Positions 13,701-24,381 of a stretch of 64,000 nucleotides of DNA are shown piece after piece. The notes beneath the pieces are model-generated. The model was not told the DNA's origin and did no database searches. It was given only the letters and a program-made list of their open reading frames with translations. Where the stretch lies: NCBI GenBank assembly GCA_048772705.1, contig JBLWGC010000182.1, forward strand, positions 62,001 through 126,000. The letters run 5' to 3'. This DNA comes from Leidyana gryllorum EB-2025a (lineage: Eukaryota; Protista; Apicomplexa). How positions within the stretch are numbered: position 1 is the stretch's first letter; every line of letters begins with the position of its first letter. Position numbers and translations under genes: made by a program.

Positions 13701-14469
13701 ATGTTGCCTTGCGAGACGCTATATTGGCATTCCAAGATCAACCCCTGCGCAACATCAAACTTCTGCAGTATGCAATCTATGCTCGAGCTAAGGACCTGTA
13801 CACACACAAGATCTCCTTCGAAGAGTTACCATGCTTCACCGTGCAAGTTTACAAGCTGCTCCGCGACATGCAAATCGCCCCTGGGGTTGAAGAAGATGCG
13901 AAACTAATAGCCATTCTTGAAAAGATCTTAGGTAAATATGCTTCTCTCAACCTCATCATATATTGGAGGTTTCAGCCGTTTCACAACCCTTCATGCCCAT
14001 CGGCACTGTCAAGCACATCACCGAGGATGCGCACAAGAATATTCTGAAAGTTCCTCCAGTTACAGATCAAGCAGCCAGACGGCTTCGAATCCTCCGTCAG
14101 CTACAGATCTGTGGGTTGGTGCATTCAACCGTCAGAGCTGCCAATGTATCTGTTAAAGATGATCATATTCTTTTCTGCTGAGGCACTTGACCATACGCGA
14201 ATAGTGCGAATATGCCGCCAGCTGTATCGCAACCTACTATACTTGGATATTACCTCTGCAACTTTTCCTTGTTGAACGTTCCTCAATGTACTATGCCCTC
14301 CCAGACAATGAGCAATGATCGATCTTTCATCTGTGCCTTGGGGACAACGCGCCTCAAACTGCACTTCTCTGCACTCACCCTAAATCTGAATCGCCCGTCT
14401 TACAGCTGGTTTCTCCCGTCTTCCCTCAGGCCTCGTCGAATCTCGAACACCTTTGAGCCGGAACTATAG
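10785..14469 (+). CDS. Large protein with disordered N-terminus and helical body; possibly Nup85-like nucleoporin
   Basis: 949-aa ORF plus spliced 3' exons; QMIEWVR...ICRLFIYGYFKEALQLAR resembles the Nup85 'W..LV.RG...EA..LL' block (weak). Confidence 0.45.
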
Positions 14470-14731
14470 TGTTGAGGAAAAATGGGTGATCCAGTGCATT
14501 GTCGCTATGACTGAGTATGTATAATAGCATCTTCCGATGAAACGCTGATATGTGAGTGCAGTTGTAGGTTGTGACCGCACTAAGAAGCTGTTCGTGACCC
14601 GCATTGGTAGCATGAAGGGTTCAGGTAGGGTCCGAAAATCCTGGATCACTCTGCAGCGTGGAACACACGTGTGTGTCCTGTGGAGACACGATAAGTGAAG
14701 CCAAGATCTAAGTACCTCCATCTTCCGGAAT

Positions 14732-16140
14732 ATGTTCCTCTTACTCCTACTAGATGTTCTATTCAGTATTTATATCGCTAATGCCGCCCCTTTGTTACCT
14801 CCATCGGTCTCGGAAACACCGGACCCGAGCGCGATCTCACCTATACCGCCTGCAGAGGACTCCCTCCCTGCCGATGTACCCGCAGCTGTCGATGCCACTG
14901 ACGTCGAAGAGGAGGCCATGGATGAGCGAGGTGTCTTGGCCGGAGAGGAGGCCGCCCCAGCCAATCTCTTGGAAGGCGGCGCCAAACCCAAGAGACCCGT
15001 CGACATCATGCGAGCTGATCACCCCGACTGTCCCATGAGCTGCTTGCAAGGAATGCATGGAGATGGTTGGTGCAATTCTGAGTGTGCGATACCTGAATGT
15101 GGAAACGACGCGGGAGATTGTGACGGGTTCTGTGCCCCTGATTGCAAGGAAGTGTGGCTGGGAGACGGTTTCTGCGACAAAGAGTGCTATCGGCCAGAAT
15201 GCAATTACGATGGTGGAGACTGTGATCGCAAATTCAAACGTGAGCACTCTGTTCCTTCTCCTTCTCACTCAAGTGGATGCAGCGGGAGATATGATCTTCC
15301 CTCCCCCCGATCCAGAAGCTTTTGATTACAGTGGATGCGACTGCGAGTTACGGTTCATTCACAATGGGAAGTGTGATCCAGAGTGCAACAGCATTGCGTG
15401 CAATTGGGATGGCGGAGACTGTCGACGTGAGTCTTCCTGATTATCTGTTTACATAGGGGCGGTTTCCAGACTATTGCCAACCAGGCTGTCACTCAGCATG
15501 GCTCGGAGATGGCGAGTGCGACACTGCCTGTGCGAATGAGGCTTGCGGTTTCGACAAAGGCGACTGTAAGGATTGCAGTGAAGGGTGTCGACCGGATATG
15601 ATTGGCAATGGCATTTGTGATGGCAGTTGTATGAATGACGCATGCTCCTGGGATATGGGAGACTGCGCCGGGGTGTGCAAGGTGTACCCTGTGGATTACG
15701 AAGATCTGCCCTTCCAGTACAATCTTTGTCGCAATGAATGGGCGGGTGATGGCGCTTGCGACTGCTTGTGCATGAACACAGATTGTCACAACGACTACAA
15801 CGATTGTGCTGGACAAGAGGAGCGATGTCAAGGTAAGCTCCAGATCGACGCTTTATAATGTCACTGTCGTGCAGAGGTCATCAGGGCAGCTGAAGAGCGT
15901 TATGGATACTCGTGGCCCCTGGGACCTGTCAAGAAGCGCCCTCCCCCGGTAGCCAGATCGGAGGGTCCGATCTCGGCCACGGCTGCAGTCCCAACGCCTC
16001 TGGCAAATGCTCAAACAGCGGCTGCTCCTCTTGTGTCCCCACAAGTGCAGTCGGTCAATGCTGAAGTTGTGGGTACCATAAACAGTGTAGCCAACTCACC
16101 TGGAACATTTTTGGTGGAGGGGACTGCCACTTTGCAGTAA
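14732..16140 (+). CDS. Secreted protein with six LNR (Lin-12/Notch) repeats
   Basis: Signal peptide MFLLLLLDVLFSIYIANA; six C..GDG.CD..C....C..D.GDC-type units across 4 exons; no evident TM helix. Confidence 0.85.
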
Positions 16141-16277
16141 GTGGCAGTTGTGTGAGTCGATTACATCAACACATCCCATCATTTGAGTTTGACAAAGTTA
16201 ATGGGCGATCGTTCATAAGGTATTAGTGTTTTGCATTCAGGTGATTAAAGCACCCGACAGCCAAACTGAGCTGTACA

Positions 16278-18392
16278 ATGATCACTTGTCCATTGTGTGG
16301 AACCCACGTGACTGACGAGGTCTCTGTATGGGGGCCTTTAGTCAGCTATGTGAGAGACGTGCTATCTCCATTCTTGTCTCTGACACGAGCTCACTTCAAA
16401 GCGCAATTGGCATCTGGCGACAACACTCCCAGTACCGTTGGTGTGGTAGCTGATGGATGCTCCAAGTTGCGGTTTGACAATGTTGAACGAATGGAACCGA
16501 AGGACATAGTTCTACCGAAGCCGGTTATGAGTAATGAACACACGGCGCTCGGACTGTCAAAAGATGAGAGACCACGGACAAGTGGGGGGTCTCATGTACC
16601 ACCAAGCTTGCGGGCCCGAGAAAGCTCCTCCTCGCGGGGAAGTAGAAATCCGAAGCAGACCCCTGTGCGGCCGCCGGCAGCACCGCAGATACTTCATGAG
16701 CCGGGTTTGCCTGGGAGCGGCCCACCTGTTATGAGGCCAAACGAACACATGACCATAAGTACCCGTGGGATTCAAGGACATCCCATGCCTCCTCAGATGA
16801 CTGTCACAACACCTGTACGAAAGACAGAGCCCGAGCCGTGGGAGAATGATCCGTTGGCCGAAGGCTTGCAATCTTCACCCTCACCTTCTCCGTGCAAGGA
16901 CCGTGGTTTGTTAGTGCCAACCGCATCTCGGTATGAAGAGAAGGTGACAGACGCTGTTTGCGCGCCTGCCGGGCCGACTGATATACCGAGCACCGCGTTC
17001 GTGATGCCGGCCCCCGAGTCAGAGCAAGTGCCGAGTAGATTGCCAGCGAGTACACCTGTGGGTGCCGAGATGTCGACGTCTACGACGACTGGTGATGTGC
17101 CTGTAGCGGCCGCACCTCCGAGACCCCCTCCAGTGGCGGCCGCACAACAGCAGTCTGTGCCGACTGCTGGTGTAACGGCAGTTCCCGCTCCAAGCGCGGG
17201 TACACGGGTGATGCCTCCCCGTGACGTTCGGTGTGCATCAGTTAGTCCGAAAGTGGTGGCTGAGCGGCAGAATGCGGGGGAGCGACAGAAAGGGCGTAAG
17301 CGAGTGATTGAGATCAGTGACACCTCTGCGGAGATACCGAAGCGACGGCCATCGACCGGATCGTCCCCTATGGGTTTGCATTTGCGTGTTTTGGCGGTGG
17401 TAAATCTGAAGGAGGTGAATGGATCTCTGCCTTCAACGTATGCTATGTTGTGTGTTGATCTGAAGCAAGGGCGGCAGCTGTATGTGGCGGTGGAGTCTGA
17501 GGAGAGTGGGAAGCGGCAGATCACAGTGGAAGATTCTGACGACGATGTGGAGAAAGAAGACTTTTGGTCAGACGAGAGTCTGGTGGGGCGTGAGATGTCA
17601 TTGACTCAATACACGTTGAAGCACTTAACTGTGAACAAGGGGGGTCCGTTGATATATATGGCGGAACGAGTTCGGTTTCTGAGTAAATATGCGATAAGTG
17701 CCGCGACTTCGCCTGTAACCAATGAGCGAGGGAGGAAACGGACCCGATGTGATACTCGAGAGATTGTGAGTGAAAGGGCATCGCCTCCGTGTCGGAAGGC
17801 CCGAAGAGGGAGCACGTGTGAACTGTTGGGTAAAAATGTTGGGCCTCCGCGTGGATATCCAGGAGCAACGATTCAGAAGCTAAGACGAGACTCATTGGTG
17901 GAGATCTTTGAGGCGGCTGGATACACCACCTGTGAGGTGGCGGCGGCGGCGGCAGCGGGGACAGAAGGGAATGGCCCAAAACGGCGGACGAGTGGAATTG
18001 GGAGCTTATTGCGTCCCCCAAGTTTGGATGAAGAGTCATCCTCGAATGATGTGGGATGGGATGATATTGAGAATATGGTGGACCACGGGCCTCCAGGTGG
18101 TGGGACGGCTTCATGTGAGCAGCAGAACTGCACGTGTTGTCGCGATTGGCACAAAGATCTGAGTCAAGCGATGCCCGGGGGCGGGGGTGGTGAAGTTCAC
18201 CATGTGCGTCACCGGTATGTCCAGAAGGTTTCTGCAACTCCCGCCGGATTTTGGGATGTTCAATTCCCTCCGACACAAGTCTCCCATCCGCAACAGCAGC
18301 ATCACCACCACCACTACCCACAGCAACTACACCACCAACCACAACAGCACCAGCAACAACAGCAACATCTACAGCAAGGACGGCGACGGTAG
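16278..18392 (+). CDS. CtIP/Sae2/Com1 DNA end-resection protein
   Basis: C-terminal CTCC..W, RHRY and TPAGFWDVQFP motifs; polyQ/H tail. Confidence 0.8.
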   Translation: MITCPLCGTHVTDEVSVWGPLVSYVRDVLSPFLSLTRAHFKAQLASGDNTPSTVGVVADGCSKLRFDNVERMEPKDIVLPKPVMSNEHTALGLSKDERPRTSGGSHVPPSLRARESSSSRGSRNPKQTPVRPPAAPQILHEPGLPGSGPPVMRPNEHMTISTRGIQGHPMPPQMTVTTPVRKTEPEPWENDPLAEGLQSSPSPSPCKDRGLLVPTASRYEEKVTDAVCAPAGPTDIPSTAFVMPAPESEQVPSRLPASTPVGAEMSTSTTTGDVPVAAAPPRPPPVAAAQQQSVPTAGVTAVPAPSAGTRVMPPRDVRCASVSPKVVAERQNAGERQKGRKRVIEISDTSAEIPKRRPSTGSSPMGLHLRVLAVVNLKEVNGSLPSTYAMLCVDLKQGRQLYVAVESEESGKRQITVEDSDDDVEKEDFWSDESLVGREMSLTQYTLKHLTVNKGGPLIYMAERVRFLSKYAISAATSPVTNERGRKRTRCDTREIVSERASPPCRKARRGSTCELLGKNVGPPRGYPGATIQKLRRDSLVEIFEAAGYTTCEVAAAAAAGTEGNGPKRRTSGIGSLLRPPSLDEESSSNDVGWDDIENMVDHGPPGGGTASCEQQNCTCCRDWHKDLSQAMPGGGGGEVHHVRHRYVQKVSATPAGFWDVQFPPTQVSHPQQQHHHHHYPQQLHHQPQQHQQQQQHLQQGRRR
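18290..18376 (+). repeat. CAN trinucleotide low-complexity tract (polyQ/polyH)
   Basis: caa cag cag cat cac cac cac cac ... cag caa caa cag caa. Confidence 0.85.
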
Positions 18393-18567
18393 TCTCTCCT
18401 CATCTCATCTCTTGTTAGTCTATCCATTAGTTAGTTATGATGAACATTATGATCGGTTGGCATTATCAAACTTCTAATTTCTTGAGCTCAACAGTATCGA
18501 CGTCGCTTCCTCTGCTGCTAGTGTGCATTGTGGGCTTCCCAAATAGTCTGAGGATAGCGGCACTGTG

Positions 18568-19675
18568 TTATTTATTGGGGCTGAGAGAGGAGGGTGACAA
18601 GTGGTTACCTGTGTTGGCGAAGGAAAAGGGTTACGACAGGAGTGTTCATGTTGTATGTGTATGTTGCCAAGATGACGAGACAGGTACCGAAGAGGAAGAA
18701 GAGTGTGGGATTGTAGTCGCCAATTAGGAAATATGATGTCAGACATGACAGAGCTATAGCCAAGGCGTTTCCGAAACACTTGAGAATGTTGTCAGCATAT
18801 TTGAGCACCGCAGCCACGATCAAACCCCCAGCTGAATGAGCCAAGATGGCCGCCCAAGTAGCCCAGTTGTAGCCTTGCATGAAACCGTCCTGACGAATTT
18901 TGCTCCAATCGTTCCAGAGAGCTCCGAACAAGGCGAGTACGGTCCCGAGGATCGCGAGTTGAATATTCCTCATCCAGATAGAAGTCTTGGAGCCTTTCAA
19001 AATCTTCTCAAAGTATACTCCGGCGAAACCACTGGTCAGACAAGCGCAGAGCACCGCGATGGTACCAATGACAACGTTGCCTTTGGCAGTCGCTGCAGCA
19101 CTGCTGCTGCCTCCAGCAGGGACCTGAATGAGCGCCACACCGGCTGTGAGGATCAGAAGTGACATCCATTTGTCAATTCCGAGGTGTTGACGCAGGATGA
19201 GGACGGAGAGGAGCGCGGTGGTAAGGATTTTGAGTTGATAAGTGACCTGATATAAGGCCGGAGACATGTTGGCGAGGGCTATGAATAGGAGATTATTCTG
19301 TAGTGTATAGAGGACAGCTGGTATGCCAACTTTGAGGGTGTCCCAGGGCCGCATGAAGATCTCCTCGTGAACTTTGAGAGCGGAAGTCGTGAAAGACCAG
19401 TTGGTTTCGCGAGCGACCAACAGGAACGAGCCGACGAGCTTGATGATTTCAGCGAAGAATACAGCAGTGGTATTGAGGTAGGGGGTCGAGCTTTCCGCGA
19501 TGGTCTTACTGACTCTCATTAACATTATTGCACCTACAGTCTGCGCCACCAAGAGCACCAAGGCTACATGTTTATATGCGACAAACCCAATTCCGGGGCA
19601 TTCAAATCCCGGGAGGGAGAGTGAAGCCGTGGCATCAACCAACGGCTTTCTCTCAATATCACGCGCTGAAACCAT
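18568..19675 (-). CDS. Nucleotide-sugar transporter (SLC35A; UDP-Gal/UDP-GlcNAc type)
   Basis: IPAVLYTLQNNL, YQVTYQLKILTTA, SGFAGVYFEKILK, KYADNILK; probable short terminal exon. Confidence 0.92.
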
Positions 19676-19718
19676 AATATATAGTTGAAAAATTCTTTTT
19701 ATTGCGTGTTGAGAGGCA

Positions 19719-21102
19719 ATGTTCTTCAGCGGCGCTGGTTTCCCTTTCGGCGATATGGGCGGCCCCAGCCGGGACCGCGATGAGCCAATCGAGAACGAGG
19801 AGTATTACAGGGTGCTCGGAGTTTCGAAAGATGCAACCGCCGAGCAACTCAAGCGAGCTTACAAAAAGGCGGCTATCCGGGCCCACCCCGACAAGGGAGG
19901 TGACTTGGAAGACTTTAAGAGGATTGGCGAAGCGTAAGTAACAAATCCAAGTTGACGGCGAACGACTGACGTCTCTCACAGGTATGAAGTTCTGAGCAAC
20001 CCCGAGAAGCGGCAAATCTATGACCAATACGGTGCCAAAGGTCTGGAAGGTCATGGGCCCGCTGGAGACCCTTCTGATATTTTCGAAATGTTCTTCGGAG
20101 GAGGCGGCCGCCGCCAGCCGCGCGGTCCTCCCAAGGGAGAGGATGTCGAACACAAAATCGAGTTCAGCTTGGCCGATTTCTTCAACGGAGCCAGTCGAAA
20201 ATTGGCTATCAACCGCAATGTCATTTGCAGTGATTGTGAAGGCAAGGGCGGCCCAGTCGATGCCATGGAAACCTGCAAAGATTGTGGTGGCCGCGGTATG
20301 AGAGTGGTCATCCGACGGATGGGCCCTATTGTCAGTCAGCAACAGTCCCCTTGCCCCACCTGCCGTGCCAGCGGTCAGATCATGCCAGAATCTAAGCGCT
20401 GCAAGAAATGTCAAGGCCGTTGCGTGGTCCGTGAGAAGAAGACTCTCGAGGTTCACCTGGACAAGGGTGCTCCCGAAGGCCACAGAGTTACCTTCACTGG
20501 CGAAGCCGACGAATTGCCGGATACCGTCGCGGGTGATGTTGTGATTATCTGCACTCAAAGTGTAAGTCAAGCCGCGTCCCTCACTCTCTTTCATCGCCTC
20601 AACAACAGCCCCACCCGATTTTCACTCGCAAGAACTGCGATCTTTGGATGGAAAAAGAGATCACTCTCCAGGAAGCTCTTTGCGGAACCGCATTTTGGAT
20701 TGAGCATCTGGATGGACAGCGTCGTTTCGCGCAGGTAAGACCTTTCTACACCACAAACTCCCTCCCGTCATCACTCCATTGCAGACTCAAAGTGTTGTCA
20801 AACCCGATACCATCATGGAGTTGACAAAGGAAGGAATGCCACGCCATGGTGATATCTTCAATCCAGGCAACATCTACGTCCGGTTCTTGATCACATTCCC
20901 CACCCAACTCATCACGAATGCTGGTGCCGCCGCTATCAAGCAGTACCTTCCGCAACCCCGTCTCCCCGTCCCCAAAGCTAGCAACGACGATATGGTCCAA
21001 TTCCTGAAACCCGTCGACCCCAAGACCCTCCACGCACGTCAACAACGGGAACGTGACGACGATGAGGATGTTGGCGGCGGTGTCCAATGCAGACAAGCTT
21101 AG
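19719..21102 (+). CDS. DNAJA: Type I DnaJ/Hsp40 (DNAJA/Ydj1-like), 4 exons
   Basis: HPDKGGD J-domain, four CxxCxGxG-type repeats, C-terminal CaaX (VQCRQA). Confidence 0.95.
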
Positions 21103-21222
21103 ATAACCAAGCCAAGTGAAAAACGGAACCATACACATTGCAGAATCATGAGTCCAATACCACTAACCACTACAAAAATGCACGTCAGCTGCGTGAGGGC
21201 ACATCTGCCTCCCACTGTACAG

Positions 21223-21248
21223 ACACACACAGTGTGTGTGTGTGTGTG
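21223..21248. repeat. Inverted (CA)n/(TG)n microsatellite upstream of the UGT
   Basis: acacacac a gtgtgtgtgtgtgtgtg. Confidence 0.7.
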
Positions 21249-21355
21249 CCGGAGACGGCGTCTCCCTCCCGTAAAAGATAGATCTTTAGGTTGTCAGAAC
21301 GGTTCAAACTTGAGCTCCTTCCCCCTGAGAAGCGTGAATTCAGCATTTAATTACA

Positions 21356-22849
21356 ATGACCTCTACTACTGACCGCACCAATGACTTCTCCGTAAAAGCG
21401 GAGCCAATGACTATAGTGCTGGTTACCTTTAATATGCATGGACACTTTCGCCCGATCTTTGCATTTGGCGAGCAATTGATCAAATACGGTGGCCCAAATG
21501 TGCGCGTGATACCGTTAATCCCCTGCCACCTCACTTCTACATTCCCTACCACGGAGTTCCCTAATTTGGAGCCTGTGGTGCGACTGGTCATGCCGGACGA
21601 TATCTGCAATGTAGGCATACGCCAATTTGAGTGGCTCTCGAACAATGAACAACAACTGGTCGACGACGCTGTCGAACAGCTCCGGCCGATGAATCCAACA
21701 GCAGTCTGTTACGATCCGTTTACTGGGTTCGGTCAAACAGTGGCCGAGATTCTGGGCATCAAACACCTTGCCCTATTCACCTCCCCGCTATCGTTTTACT
21801 ATCTGTGGTGCAAAGGGGAAGCGATGTGTCAAAGCGGAGTCAAGCCTTCGGAGGCGGCGGCGGCCGAAACAAAGGAAGACTCAGGGGCTCAAGAGAAGTT
21901 GCATATCCCTACTATCGGATTCGTCAATCGATGCGACGTCCCTGATGCTGGCGACATGGCTACTTACTTTGCCAAGAATACGCAGAAGATGCGGTCTCTG
22001 CGAAGTATTGTGGTGAACAGCAGTCCGCGAGAGCCCGGTGGAGTCGATTTGGCCCAAGCCTTCAAGTCGCAGCTCTTGCATCCGACGAGTACCCACGACA
22101 CTGGTGACGTGCACCTGCTGGGCTATTTCGGGGTTGCGGGTGAGACCACATCCCCGGCGGCGAAGCCAACGAAAGCCATTGAAGCCAAGCTACCCGAAAT
22201 TGAGTGGCTCGATAAGCAACCCGATAACAGTGTTATCTTTGTGGCGTTGGGCTCCTGGTGTCAGTTACCAGTCGCTGATGTGGTCGAGTTGGCGGAGGGT
22301 TTGGCGGGTACGAACACAAGGTTCCTTTGGGCTCTCCGTGATCGCGCACCGGTGGAGCTCAAAGTGCCGCACGCACCAGAAGGCCTGACCACCGCGAGAC
22401 GGCCGGAGTGTTAGAGACGGAGTTTGTGGACTTCCTATGCGTTTCCAGACAAATACTAAGATGGCGGGCTGATTGTGCCGTGGGTGCGACAACCAGAGGT
22501 CCTGAGCCACAGGGCCATCAAGTTGTTTGTCACTCATTGTGGCTGGAACAGTCTCAGTGAGAGCATCTGTCTATCGCCGGCACCCAAAGCCTTCCTACCC
22601 TTGGCTGCCGAACAAGGACTGAATGCCCACGTTGCACAGGAGCAGTGGAAGATCGGTAAACGATTGTGGGGAAGCGAATATGATCGATCGCTGGACCGCC
22701 AAAAGGTCTCTCAGACCCTTATCGACATTATGGAAGATGAGGAAATATGCGCCAAGGCACGACAACTCTATGAGGAGCACAATGAATATCGGACTCAGGG
22801 GATCGAGGCCGCTTTCCACAAACTGCTCGCTGAGTTGGCTATTGCGTGA
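21356..22849 (+). CDS. Family 1 UDP-glycosyltransferase, plant-type PSPG box; reading frame interrupted at ~22390-22460
   Basis: N-terminal GHFRP catalytic His, CYDPF, EWLDKQPDNSVIFVALGS, FLWALR, WVRQPEVLSH..FVTHCGWNS..AEQ. Confidence 0.85.
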
Positions 22850-23061
22850 ATGTTCAATTAGATAGATAGAAACATCGGTTGAGCTCAACAACGAATACTC
22901 TTTGAACTGTGGACATTATCTTTCTCCCTCAAAAAAGTACCATTGAGTCGCAAAGAGAAGCAAAGGTGCCATCCCGGACGATTGTTGGGCAGAGGTGGGC
23001 CACTTCTGGCTCGAGAGGTCAGAGGCATGCGCCAACACGCGGTGACACACACCCGTCAGAG

Positions 23062-24330
23062 ATGAGCCATAGTGTGATCGGTCTGAACATTGGCGTGTCA
23101 AATTGTACAGCGGCACGCTTCCGCAGTACGGGCCCTGACGTATATGTTGACAGTCCGGGAGCTCGTATTGGACTCCCTGCCTACATATCCTTTCACCAGG
23201 AATATCCGACTTTCGGTATTGAGGCCAAATCCAGAGCTCTGGCAGGCAGTCCGCTCGCCGTCTACGACCTGATATGGCTAATCGGACGGTCATACGACGA
23301 TGTTCAGTTACAAAGAAGGATGAGGCGATGGACATTTAAGGTTGTGAGAGGGGACGACGGCCAGCCCATCATCAGATTAAGGCGCACAACAAGAACCAAG
23401 TGCTCACGGTGCAGCTGCTCAGTTGGTTATGCAGAAGATGAAGGGGAATGCAATACTTGATATGGCTAGATCTTCGGAGGAGCAGGTACATCGAGTGTTC
23501 CTGCATACTTTACCGAAACTCAACTGGCAGCTGTTGAGGCATCGGCTAGTCTCGCAGGATTCAAGTCAGTCGAATTGATCGAAGACCCCATAGCGGCTGT
23601 TGCAGCCTATGGATTCGGTCAAAAGTACCGCTCTGCCGCCTCTGACTGTGGACAGGGGTGTATTCTGGTATTCCATTGCGGGGGGTCAACGTGCTCAGCT
23701 TCAATAGTTTACATTGGAAACGGGGAGTACAGTTTGGGAGAGACTGTAGTGGATGAAGAATTCGGGGGAGAGGACCTGTCAAATCAGTTTTACGTAGAGT
23801 GTACTAAAAGGATCGCGAATGTGTACGACACACGTGTGCGGCAGTCGACATTTCCAAACCTGCGCGAAGATGTCAACAGGCTCAAGGAGCAGCTCAGCGA
23901 ATCATTTCAGGTCGAGTTGCACCACCCTCAGCTGAGTGGTGGTCTCCTTTTCTCTCAACTGGATTTGGATACCATCAACACGCACAACTACAGTCGGTGT
24001 CTGAGTATCATCGATAAAGCTTTGTATAGGAATGGGCTGTTGAAGAGAAATGTCACTGATTACGTCTTCACAGGGAGCAGCACCAGAACCCCCGGACTCG
24101 TCAAGATGATTGAACGATACTTTGACGGCAAAGAGAGGGAAGCGAGAGTCACCCCAGATGTCACACTGAGTGTTGGTGCAGCTATCTATGGCTACCGCAA
24201 AGTCTTTGACACCAAGAATGAGCCGATCAGTCTCACCTGATACACATTCAGGCATCAAACTTAATCAGTTGGCGGAGGTATCACCACTGGACACCACCAT
24301 TGGCCGACAATATCTTTCGGCTGAGACCGA
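23062..24330 (+). pseudogene. Divergent, frameshifted Hsp70-like gene
   Basis: VIGLNIGVSNC, LIGRSYDD..WTFKVV, then QLVMQKMK and SVPAYFTETQ..AGF..IEDP in different frames; FGGEDL, TGSSTRTP, VGAAIYG; truncated at the substrate-binding domain. Confidence 0.75.
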
Positions 24331-24381
24331 ATAAAAAAGTGGTGCCTGATTTTGAGGGCTCTGTCCGGTGCCCGAAGCCTG

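Noticed and set aside
19659-20594. Long antisense ORFs (also 37375-38154, 24895-25728, 52433-53125)
   Set aside because: Shadows of conserved or long sense-strand genes
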